A stretch of 30,312 bases of DNA, from the NCBI GenBank assembly GCA_044866005.1, contig JBIOTN010000142.1, positions 1-30,312 on the forward strand, given 5' to 3'. This DNA is from Candidatus Rokuibacteriota bacterium. GTDB lineage: Bacteria > Methylomirabilota > Methylomirabilia > Rokubacteriales > DASRDR01. Under the pieces are notes generated by a model. The model saw only the letters and a list, made by a program, of their open reading frames with translations. It was not told where the DNA came from and ran no database searches. Numbering within the stretch: position 1 is the stretch's first letter; each line of letters opens with the position of its first letter. Below, piece after piece: positions 1-7,325 of this stretch. The translations under genes were made by a program, and so were the position numbers.

Positions 1-46
1 AGGGGGGGCCTCGGGGGGGTCTTCCGAGACCCCCCCGAAATGACTA
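1..46 (-). repeat. REP-like GC-rich hairpin repeat, truncated by the window start
   Basis: Minus strand reads TAGTCATTTCGGGGGGGTCTCGGAAGACCCCCCCGAGGCCCCCCCT. It starts on the TAG stop of the reductase and closely matches 12103-12150. Confidence 0.75.
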
Positions 47-1444
47 TCGACCCAGGGCGGCGAGCATGTCCTCGACGCGGGTGAACTTCAGCCGCGGCCG
101 GCCGAGCGCCCGGCCCCGTGCCACCTCCAGCTCGTCCAGGCGCTTCCAGTCCGCGTAGGACAGGTAGAAGGGCTGGCGCTGCCGGATCAGCGCCTCGGCG
201 GCGGCGGGGTCGGGCTCCTGGGGGTCGAGGAGCCGCCCCTGCGCCCGGTCCTCCATCATGCAAGCCACGGTCTCGGCGGCGTCCGGCTTGTTGGTGCCGA
301 TGACCCCCGTCGGGCCGCGCTTGATCCAGCCGGCCGTGTACTCGCCGACGACCGGCGCCAGCGTCCCGGGCTCGACCACCCGGCCCTTCTCGTTGAGGAT
401 CACGCTCCACTTGTCGTGGAACGGCACGCCGGGGAGGGGGACCCCGCGATACCCGACGGAGCGGAATACCAGGCCCACCGGTAGCTCCTCGAACCGATCG
501 GTCGGACGGGCCTGCGGCGTGCCCGCGGGCGTGGCGTGGAGCTCGTTCTTGACGAGCCGCATGCCCACGACGCGCTCGCCGCCACCGGCCCGGAGCTCCG
601 CCGGCGAGACCAGGAACCGCACGATGAGCGTGCGGGGCTTGCCGGTCCGCGCGCGGGCGGCGTACCCCTGGAGGATCTCGATCTTCTTGAGCGTCACGCG
701 GTCCTGGCCTCGCTCGATGGCCGCGCGGCTCAGCTCGTCCAGCACGGCCTCCTCGGGCGGCACCAGGATGTCGGCGCCCGGCAACTCGCCGAGCTCCTTG
801 ATCTCGGGGTTGGTGAAGGCCGCCTGCGCCGGGCCGCGGCGGCCGAGCAGGTAGACCTCCTTCACCCGGCTCGCGGCGAGCGCCTCGAGCGCGTAGTCGG
901 CGACGTCCGTGGTCGCCAGCTCCTCCGGGGTGCGGCAGAGGATCCGGGCGACGTCCACCGCCACGTTGCCGACGCCCACCACCGCCACGCGCTCCTGGTC
1001 GAGGTCGAACGTCGAGCTCCGGTAGTCGGGGTGCCCGTTGTACCAGGCCACGAACTCGGTGGCGGGGTGGCTGCCCCGCAGGTCCTCGCCGGGGATCCCC
1101 ATGCGGCGGTCGGTCTGGGCGCCGGTGGCGTAGACGATCTGGTGATAGTGCGCCCGCAGGTCCCCGAGCGTCAGGTGCTTGCCGAGCTCGACGTGACCGA
1201 AGAAGCGGAAGCCCGGGTGAGCGGCGGTCTTGTCGAAGGCCGCCGTGACGGCCTTGATCTTCTGGTGATCGGGGGCCACCCCGAAGCGGACCAGGCCGAA
1301 CGGCGTCGGCAGCCGATCGAACAGGTCGACCTGGACGCCGAGGCCCGGCTGCCTGAAGAGCTGGTCGGCGGCGTAAAAGCCGGTCGGGCCGGCCCCGATG
1401 ATGGCGACACGCAGGGGACGGGCCTCGGAGCCGGCTGGCGCCAT
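44..1444 (-). CDS. Ferredoxin/adrenodoxin-NADP+ reductase, FprA-like FAD oxidoreductase (466 aa)
   Basis: From ATG 1444 (MAPAGSEARPLRVAIIGAGPTGFYAA): FAD motif GAGPTG, PFGLVRFGVAPDH, NADPH motif GVGNVAVD, GRRGPAQAAF and C-terminal GWIKRGPTGVIGTNK, all typical of the FprA/adrenodoxin reductase family. Confidence 0.9.
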   Translation of the reverse strand: MAPAGSEARPLRVAIIGAGPTGFYAADQLFRQPGLGVQVDLFDRLPTPFGLVRFGVAPDHQKIKAVTAAFDKTAAHPGFRFFGHVELGKHLTLGDLRAHYHQIVYATGAQTDRRMGIPGEDLRGSHPATEFVAWYNGHPDYRSSTFDLDQERVAVVGVGNVAVDVARILCRTPEELATTDVADYALEALAASRVKEVYLLGRRGPAQAAFTNPEIKELGELPGADILVPPEEAVLDELSRAAIERGQDRVTLKKIEILQGYAARARTGKPRTLIVRFLVSPAELRAGGGERVVGMRLVKNELHATPAGTPQARPTDRFEELPVGLVFRSVGYRGVPLPGVPFHDKWSVILNEKGRVVEPGTLAPVVGEYTAGWIKRGPTGVIGTNKPDAAETVACMMEDRAQGRLLDPQEPDPAAAEALIRQRQPFYLSYADWKRLDELEVARGRALGRPRLKFTRVEDMLAALGR

Positions 1445-1464
1445 CGGCGGGCCCGACGGGCCGC

Positions 1465-1896
1465 TCAGCGCGCGCCTTCCGCGATCTGCGTCTGGAGCGT
1501 GTCGACCTCCCCTTCGTACTGGTCTCGTTGCGCCTTCATCACATCGCCGATCGAGACGATACCGACCAGCCGGCCCTGGTCCACGACCGGCAGGTGCCGG
1601 ATGCGCCGCTCGGTCATCGTGTGCGCGACCGACTTCAGGTCGTCCTCCGGCACGCCCACGATGAGCTCGCGCGTCATCAGCGCACGGACGGTCCGCGCGA
1701 ACACCTGTTCGTTGCGCGCCGCTTCGCGCACGATGTCGCGCTCCGAGAGGATCCCCACCGGCCGGCCGCCTTCCTCGACGACGAGCGCGCCGATGTTGTG
1801 GTCGGCCAGCAGTGCGAGGGCTTGCCGGATCGACTGCTCGGGACCGACGGTGACGACCTTGACGCCTTTGCGGGCGAGGACGCTGGCGATGTTCAT
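1465..1896 (-). CDS. Stand-alone CBS-pair protein (143 aa)
   Basis: MNIASVLARKG...NIGALVV...VGILSERDIVR...MTERRIRHLPVVDQGRLVGIVSIGDVMK gives two CBS motifs; GGAGGG upstream. Confidence 0.9.
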   Translation of the reverse strand: MNIASVLARKGVKVVTVGPEQSIRQALALLADHNIGALVVEEGGRPVGILSERDIVREAARNEQVFARTVRALMTRELIVGVPEDDLKSVAHTMTERRIRHLPVVDQGRLVGIVSIGDVMKAQRDQYEGEVDTLQTQIAEGAR

Positions 1897-2062
1897 GCGC
1901 CTTTTCCCTCCGGGCCGGGGCGCTCCCTCCGCGGCCGGGCCTGCCCGACTCGCCACCGGCACCGAGGCTAGTCTCGGAGGATCGGCCCCCGGCGTCAAGC
2001 CGGCCGTGGCCGGGCGCGCGCGGCGCCCACGGCGGCCGCCCGCGTGGGTCGGTCGCGCGCAA

Positions 2063-2091
2063 TTGAACTCGCCCCGGCGGCGCGCTACGAT
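2063..2091 (+). promoter_or_regulatory. Putative sigma70 promoter of the enoyl-CoA hydratase
   Basis: TTGAAC (2063-2068), 17 nt, TACGAT (2086-2091), 70 nt before the ATG. Confidence 0.55.
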
Positions 2092-2161
2092 GCGAGGAGC
2101 CGGCGCGTGGCGTGTCGCGCCCGCCGGCCGGCGCGCGGCCCGATTCGCGGAAGGAGGGTGG

Positions 2162-2956
2162 ATGGCCTTCGAGACCTTGCTCGTCGACCGCGACGGCGCG
2201 ATCGTCACGGTCACGCTGAACCGCCCGAAGCAGCTCAACGCGATCAACGGGACGATGGTGCGTGAGCTGGACGCCGTGGCGGCCGACCTGGAGTCGGAGT
2301 TCCGGACGGAGGGCGGCCCGCGGGTCGCGATCGTCACCGGGGCGGGGGAGCGGGCGTTCCTGGCGGGCGCCGACATCGGCGAGTTCCAGGGTCTCCCGCC
2401 GATCGACGCCCTGGCCTTCGGCCAGCGGATCCAGCGGCTCTACAGCCGGATCGAGGCCTTGCCCCAGATCACGATCGCCGCGGTCAACGGGTTCGCGCTC
2501 GGCGGGGGCTGCGAGCTGACCCAGTGCTGCGACCTGGTCCTGGCGGCCGAGTCGGCCCGCTTCGGCCAGCCGGAGGTGAACCTCGGCGTCATCCCGGGGG
2601 CCGGGGGCACGCAGCGGCTCGCCCGGCTCGTCGGGATGCACCGGGCCAAGGAGTTGAACTTCCTCGGCGAGATGATCGACGCGCAGGAGGCCTACCGGAT
2701 CGGGCTGGCGAACCGCGTCGTGCCGGCGGCGCGCCTCCTGGCCGAAGCGCGCGCGCTCGCGGACAAGCTCCTGGCGAAGCCGCCGCTCACGCTCCGCCTC
2801 CTCAAGGAGGCGATGAACGAGGGGTACGACCTCGACCTGCCGAAGGGGCTCGCGATCGAGGCCAAGGCCTGGGCCATCGCCTTCTCCACCGCCGACAAGG
2901 ACGAGGGCGTGGCCGCCTTCCTGGAGAAGCGCAAGCCGGCCTTCAAGGGTCGGTGA
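2162..2956 (+). CDS. Enoyl-CoA hydratase/crotonase family (264 aa)
   Basis: VTLNRPKQLNAI, AFLAGADI, AVNGFALGGGCEL and FGQPEVNLGVIPGAGGTQRL (both catalytic Glu positions present), C-terminal EGVAAFLEKRKPAFKG; RBS AAGGAGG. Confidence 0.95.
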   Translation: MAFETLLVDRDGAIVTVTLNRPKQLNAINGTMVRELDAVAADLESEFRTEGGPRVAIVTGAGERAFLAGADIGEFQGLPPIDALAFGQRIQRLYSRIEALPQITIAAVNGFALGGGCELTQCCDLVLAAESARFGQPEVNLGVIPGAGGTQRLARLVGMHRAKELNFLGEMIDAQEAYRIGLANRVVPAARLLAEARALADKLLAKPPLTLRLLKEAMNEGYDLDLPKGLAIEAKAWAIAFSTADKDEGVAAFLEKRKPAFKGR

Positions 2957-3058
2957 GCGACGCCGTGCGCGATCCGGGCAGGCCACCCGGGAGGGTCGGC
3001 GGCGACGTGTAGACTGGACCTGGTGAGGGTCCTTCGCGTCGACCCGTCAGGAGGCGTC

Positions 3059-3703
3059 ATGAGCCGTCGCGCGTGCGTGGTCACGCTCCTCCTCGTCGTC
3101 CTCGGCCTGGCGCCCGCCGGGGCGCAGGAGCCGCCCAAGCCCGCGCCTGCGACCGAGGCCCCGCCCGGCGCGCAACCGCCGCCGACGGCGGAGCCCTCGC
3201 CGGCCACCCCGCCCGCGGCTCCGCACGCCCCGGAAGCGCCCGGCGCGATACACGCTCCGGAAGCGCCCGGCGCGATCGAGGACGGCTCGCGCGTCTCCCT
3301 CGAGTACACGCTCACCGACGATGCGGGCAAGGTGCTCGATTCCAACAAGGGCCGGGCCCCGCTGACCTACACGCAGGGGGAGCACCAGATCGTCCCGGGG
3401 CTCGAGAGCGCGCTCACGGGGATGCGGGTCGGCGAGCACCGGACGGTGACGGTCGCGCCCGCGGACGGTTACGGCGACGTGGACCCGGACGCAATGACCG
3501 AGGTGCCCAAGGACATCCTGCCGGACGGCGCCCTGATCGTCGGGACGCAGCTCGTCGCGCGGAGCCGCACGGGCGAGATGCGGGTCGTCCGGGTCAAGGA
3601 GATCAAGGAGTCGACCGTCATCATCGACCTGAACCACCCGCTTGCCGGCAAGACGCTCCACTTCGACGTCACGGTGATCGGGGTCGAGCCGCCCGAGAAG
3701 TAG
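3059..3703 (+). CDS. SlyD-type FKBP peptidyl-prolyl isomerase with signal peptide and Pro/Ala linker (214 aa)
   Basis: RBS AGGAGG then MSRRACVVTLLLVVLGLAPAGA-Q (signal-like); FKBP plus insert-in-flap core VSLEYTLTDDAGKVLDS...PGLESALTGM...DGYG...IDLNHPLAGKTLHFDVTV. Confidence 0.88.
   Translation: MSRRACVVTLLLVVLGLAPAGAQEPPKPAPATEAPPGAQPPPTAEPSPATPPAAPHAPEAPGAIHAPEAPGAIEDGSRVSLEYTLTDDAGKVLDSNKGRAPLTYTQGEHQIVPGLESALTGMRVGEHRTVTVAPADGYGDVDPDAMTEVPKDILPDGALIVGTQLVARSRTGEMRVVRVKEIKESTVIIDLNHPLAGKTLHFDVTVIGVEPPEK
3224..3277 (+). repeat. 27-bp in-frame tandem duplication (HAPEAPGAI x2)
   Basis: cacgccccggaagcgcccggcgcgata / cacgctccggaagcgcccggcgcgatc, 25 of 27 identical. Confidence 0.9.
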
Positions 3704-3760
3704 CCCGGCGGGCGGCTGACCCTCCCACCGCGCCCGTTCGACCGCACCGGCAGACCCCCG

Positions 3761-4438
3761 ATGCGACTCCTCGTCGTCGAAGATGAGCGCAAGGTGGCCA
3801 ACTTCATCCGGCAGGGGCTCACCGAGGAAGGCCACACCGTCGAGGTCGCGGCCGACGGCGAGACCGCGCTCGAGCTGATCCTGGGCGGCCCGCCCTACGA
3901 CCTCGTCGTCCTCGACGTCATGCTGCCCCGCCGGGACGGCTTTTCGGTGCTCAAGCGGCTCCGGGAGCAGCGGGTCGCCACGCCCGTGCTGCTCCTGACC
4001 GCACGTGACAGCGTGACGGACAAGGTGACCGGCCTCGACCGCGGGGCCGACGACTACCTGACGAAGCCCTTCGCCTTCGAGGAGTTCCTCGCGCGCGTCC
4101 GGGCGCTCCTCAGGCGCGGCGCGCCGCAGCGGGCGCCGGTCCTCCGCCTCGCCGACCTCACGCTCGACCCGGCGACGCGCGAGGCGGCGCGCGGGGGACG
4201 TCGGATCGTCCTGACGGTCCGCGAGTACGCGCTGCTCGAGTACTTCCTGCGGAACGTGGGCCGCGTGCTGACCCGGCCCATGATCGCCGAGCACGTCTGG
4301 GGCGTCGACTTCGACACCGAGACCAACGTCATCGACGTGTACGTGGGGTACGTGCGGCGGAAGATCGACGGCCCGGGGGAGCGCCGGCTCCTCCACACCG
4401 TCCGGGGCGCCGGCTACGTGCTGAAGGCCGAAGCGTGA
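3761..4438 (+). CDS. OmpR-family response regulator, CusR/CzcR-like (225 aa)
   Basis: MRLLVVEDE, phospho-acceptor LDVMLP, LTARD, GADDYLTKPFAF; winged helix VWGVDFDTETNVIDVYVGYVRRKID...LHTVRGAGYVL. Confidence 0.95.
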   Translation: MRLLVVEDERKVANFIRQGLTEEGHTVEVAADGETALELILGGPPYDLVVLDVMLPRRDGFSVLKRLREQRVATPVLLLTARDSVTDKVTGLDRGADDYLTKPFAFEEFLARVRALLRRGAPQRAPVLRLADLTLDPATREAARGGRRIVLTVREYALLEYFLRNVGRVLTRPMIAEHVWGVDFDTETNVIDVYVGYVRRKIDGPGERRLLHTVRGAGYVLKAEA

Positions 4439-5847
4439 CGGGCTGGGCCGGCCCGATCTCGATCCGCGCACGCCTGACGCTCTGGTACACGGGGGTGCTG
4501 CTGGCGATCCTCCTCGTCATCAGCGGGCTCTCGTACGCGATGGTCCGCCGGAGCCTCCTCCAGGACCTCGACGCGTCCCTCCGGCTCGTCGCCCAGGTCA
4601 TCCGCGACACCGGGTATTCGACACCGGGCGTCCCCGCGGATCCCGCGACGGAGGCCGCGGTGCGGGAGATCCTGGGCCCCGACTACTACGACAAGTTCTT
4701 CCAGCTCCGGGACCCGGCGGGCGGTCCGGGAGCCCGGCAGGCCGCCCTGCGGGGCCGGCCGCTCCCGCTGTCGGCGGCCGCGCGCGACAGCGCGACGCGC
4801 GGCGTGCCGACGCTCGAGACGGTCGAGCTCAACCGGAAGGAGCGGGCGCGGGTCCTCACGATGCCGATCGTGCGCGACGGGCAGCTCGCGCAGATCATCC
4901 AGGTCGGGATCTCGCTCCACCGGGTCGAGCAGACGCTCGGCCGATACCTGGAGACGCTCTTCACGCTCGTCCCGCTCGGCGTCGGGCTCGCGGTCGTGGG
5001 GGGCGCCTGGATCGCCCGTGCCACCCTCGCGCCGGTCGGGGAGATGTCGAGGACCGCGCGTCGCATCACCGCGGAGGACCTCACCCAGCGGCTCGCCGTG
5101 CGCGACACGGCCGACGAGCTCGACCACCTCGCCGAGACGCTCAACGCGATGCTGGCGCGGCTGGAGGGCGCGTTCGGCCAGATGCGCCGCTTCGCCGCCG
5201 ATGCGGCGCACGAGCTGCGCACCCCGCTCACGGCGCTCAAGGGCGGGATCGAGGTGGCGCTCCGCGCCGACCGCGCGGCCGAGGAGTACCGGCGGGTCCT
5301 CCGCTCGAGCCTCGAGGAGGTGGAGCGGCTCATCCGGCTCGCCGAGGACCTGCTCCTGCTCTCCCGCGTCTCGGTCGGCGTGACGACCCCGCCCGCGGCC
5401 GTCGACCTCGAGGCCGTCGTGCTCGACGTGCTGGACGTGGGCCGCCGTCTCGCCCAGGGCCGTGGCGTCTCGGTGCGTCTCGGCCCGACCGGTGCGGCGG
5501 CCGTGCCCGGCGACGCGGCGGGGCTCCGCCGGGCCCTCCTGAACCTGGTGGAGAACGCCATCAAGTACACGCCTGCCGGCGGGACGGTCGGGCTCTCGCT
5601 CGCCGCCACCGACGGAAGCGCCGCCCTCGTCGTGGAGGACACCGGGCCCGGAATCGAGCCGGCCGACGCGGAGCGCGTCTTCCAGCCGTTCGTGCGGCTC
5701 GACGGGGCGCGCGCGCGGGAGACGGGCGGGGCGGGGCTCGGCCTGTCGATCGCCCGCTCCATCGTGCTGGCGCACGGCGGCACGCTCACGCTGGAAAGCC
5801 GCCCCGGGGCCGGCAGCCGCTTCACGATCCGGCTCCCCCTCCGTTAA
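4435..5847 (+). CDS. Sensor histidine kinase, CusS/CzcS-like (2 TM, HAMP, HisKA, HATPase; 470 aa)
   Basis: GTGA overlap with the regulator stop; SIRARLTLWY plus TM1, periplasmic domain, TM2, HAMP (DELDHLAETLNAML), H-box FAADAAHELRTPL, NLVENAIKYT, DTGPGI, GAGLGLSI. Confidence 0.95.
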   Translation: MTGWAGPISIRARLTLWYTGVLLAILLVISGLSYAMVRRSLLQDLDASLRLVAQVIRDTGYSTPGVPADPATEAAVREILGPDYYDKFFQLRDPAGGPGARQAALRGRPLPLSAAARDSATRGVPTLETVELNRKERARVLTMPIVRDGQLAQIIQVGISLHRVEQTLGRYLETLFTLVPLGVGLAVVGGAWIARATLAPVGEMSRTARRITAEDLTQRLAVRDTADELDHLAETLNAMLARLEGAFGQMRRFAADAAHELRTPLTALKGGIEVALRADRAAEEYRRVLRSSLEEVERLIRLAEDLLLLSRVSVGVTTPPAAVDLEAVVLDVLDVGRRLAQGRGVSVRLGPTGAAAVPGDAAGLRRALLNLVENAIKYTPAGGTVGLSLAATDGSAALVVEDTGPGIEPADAERVFQPFVRLDGARARETGGAGLGLSIARSIVLAHGGTLTLESRPGAGSRFTIRLPLR

Positions 5848-5897
5848 GAGTCTTCTCATCCGCCGTTCACGCCCGCCTCATCTTCCGCGGCTACCGT
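5845..5897 (+). promoter_or_regulatory. Triple-box promoter 1 (upstream of the His-rich exported protein)
   Basis: CTCAT 5855, TTCAC 5866, CTCAT 5877 (11-bp period), 10 nt, TACCGT 5892-5897; imperfect palindrome TAAGAG-TC-TTCTCA overlaps the kinase TAA stop. Confidence 0.7.
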
Positions 5898-5967
5898 CTG
5901 GTTCATGAGAGGGCGCGAGAGCGCCGGCCGCGTCGGCCGGACGCGCGCCACGAACGGAGGTAGCGCG

Positions 5968-6321
5968 ATGCGACCAGTGACGCTCGTGTTGGCAGGTCTC
6001 CTCACCGTCCCCGTCCTTGCCGGCCCCGCCGTGGCCCTGACGGGCTCGCCCGTCGTGCTTGCCGCGGCACACCACCGGCACTCCGCGGCCAGCCGACATC
6101 ACGTGATCGGCGAGGTGGTGGCGGTGGATCCCGCGGCGAAGACGCTAACGGTGAGGGAGAAGGGCAAGCCGGGGGAAACGACCTTCACCGTGGATGAGCG
6201 GGCGGCGTCGATGCTCGGTGAGCTCAAGCCCGGCGATCAGGTGGGGGTCCGGTTCACCGACCGGAACGGGCAGCTCGAGGCGAACGGCATCCGGCCCCGG
6301 GGGCAACGGCACAAGGCCTAG
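5968..6321 (+). CDS. Small exported OB-fold-like protein (CusF-like pattern) with N-terminal His cluster (117 aa)
   Basis: RBS GGAGG; signal peptide MRPVTLVLAGLLTVPVLAGPAVA; HHRHSAASRHH; GEVVAVDPAAKTLTV...TFTVD...LGELKPGDQVGVRF beta pattern. Confidence 0.7.
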   Translation: MRPVTLVLAGLLTVPVLAGPAVALTGSPVVLAAAHHRHSAASRHHVIGEVVAVDPAAKTLTVREKGKPGETTFTVDERAASMLGELKPGDQVGVRFTDRNGQLEANGIRPRGQRHKA

Positions 6322-6378
6322 AGTTCCTCGGAGGCCTTCCCCCGGACCGTTGCGCAGGCAAGGCCCGCGCGCGGAGCG
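6319..6378 (+). repeat. Degenerate partial copy of the REP-like repeat
   Basis: GGCCTTCCCCCGGACCGTTGCGCAGGCAAGGCCCGCGCGCGGAGCG resembles GCCTCCCCGCCGTTGCGGCGGCAGAGCCGCCGCTCGGA near 12141; lies between convergent stops. Confidence 0.45.
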
Positions 6379-6413
6379 CTTCGTTCTGGCGCGTGCCCGA
6401 GGTGCGCCTCCGC

Positions 6414-7148
6414 TCAGGGTGAGACCCCCGCTCGCGGATGGGGGCGGCGCAGCGCCTGGCGCGCGGCCTCCCCGAGCGGGCTCGCGCCCGCGAGGCGGAT
6501 CACCTCCTGGTACGCCTGCCGCATCCCGCCGGGGTCGCCCGCCTGACCGAGGGCGGCCGCCAGGAGGAACCGGATCTCCGGCGAGCTCGGACGGAGGGCG
6601 GTCGCGCGGCGCAGCCGCTCGAGGGCGGCCGCGGTCCGGCCCTGCTCGAGCAGCACGCCGGCGAGCTGGACGTGATACTCGGGGTCGGCCGCGTCGAGCC
6701 GCGCCGCTTCCTCCAGCTCCCGGAGCGCCTCGGGAAGCTGCCCCGCATCCCGGTAGGCCTGCCCGAGGTGCGCCCGGAAGCGTGCCTCGCGCGGGGCCAG
6801 GCGGACGGCCTCCCGGAACTGGCTGATGGCGCCGGCCTCGACGCCGAGCCGCGCGTAGGCGCGGCCGAGATGGTAGTGGAGGCGCGCGTCCGCGGGTGCG
6901 CGGGCCACCTGGGCGAGGAGGCTCCGGACGGCCGCCTCGTGCTCGCCCTGGGCGATCAAGCGCACCGCGGCGTCCGTCGATTCCCGCGCCTCCCACTGCT
7001 GGAGCCCGTAGGCGAGCGCCGTCAGGGTCACGCTCACCAGGGCCGCGCCGGCGAGAGCCCGGGCTCGCGGCGGGCGGCGCGCGGCCACGCTCGCGGGGCG
7101 TGCCGTCGGCCGGCGCGGCGGCTGGCCGCCGGCCCGCTCCATGCCCAT
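6414..7148 (-). CDS. Membrane-anchored tetratricopeptide-repeat protein (about 244 aa; start 7148 or 7142)
   Basis: Basic N-terminus, hydrophobic ALAGAALVSVTLTALAYGL, then TPR-like units (HYHLGRAYARLG...AISQFREAVRLAP, AHLGQAYRDAGQLPEALRELEEAARLD, YHVQLAGVLLEQG...ATALRP). Confidence 0.8.
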   Translation of the reverse strand: MGMERAGGQPPRRPTARPASVAARRPPRARALAGAALVSVTLTALAYGLQQWEARESTDAAVRLIAQGEHEAAVRSLLAQVARAPADARLHYHLGRAYARLGVEAGAISQFREAVRLAPREARFRAHLGQAYRDAGQLPEALRELEEAARLDAADPEYHVQLAGVLLEQGRTAAALERLRRATALRPSSPEIRFLLAAALGQAGDPGGMRQAYQEVIRLAGASPLGEAARQALRRPHPRAGVSP

Positions 7149-7170
7149 CCCGTCCTGGTCCACGTCAGGG

Positions 7171-7216
7171 AGGCTACGCGGCGAAGATGAGAGGGGCATG
7201 AGAGCGACATGAGAAG
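7171..7216 (-). promoter_or_regulatory. Triple-box promoter 2 (upstream of the TPR gene)
   Basis: Minus strand CTTCTCATGTCGCTCTCATGCCCCTCTCATCTTCGCCGCGTAGCCT: ATGAG at plus 7187, 7198, 7209, then 10 nt and TAGCCT (7176-7171). Confidence 0.8.
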
Positions 7217-7252
7217 CCGGCCCGCGGGGCGCGCGCGGCGCCGGGCTCGAGC

Positions 7253-7305
7253 TGAGAAACTTCTCATCTCGCTCTCATCGCGGTCTCATGTCCCGCCGGT
7301 AGGGT
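7253..7305 (+). promoter_or_regulatory. Triple-box promoter 3 (upstream of the sigma factor)
   Basis: CTCAT at 7263, 7274, 7285, then 10 nt and TAGGGT (7300-7305); perfect palindrome TGAGAA-AC-TTCTCA at 7253-7266. Confidence 0.8.
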
Positions 7306-7325
7306 CGAGCCGGAGGGAGCGGTCG

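Noticed and set aside
1965..1998. Minus-strand promoter for the CBS gene (TTGACG)
   Set aside because: The hexamer at 17-nt spacing (GAGACT) is poor and the better TAGCCT is 22 nt away.
44..2986. 980-aa (-) and 806-aa (+, 536-2956) ORFs suggesting large fusion proteins
   Set aside because: The extensions are antisense or off-frame shadows of the hydratase, CBS and reductase genes; the real starts are at 1444 and 2162, the latter with a clear RBS.
3761..5847. Assigning cusR/cusS symbols and copper sensing
   Set aside because: Family resemblance is clear, but the periplasmic domain lacks an obvious His/Met-rich site and no efflux genes are adjacent, so the signal is unknown.
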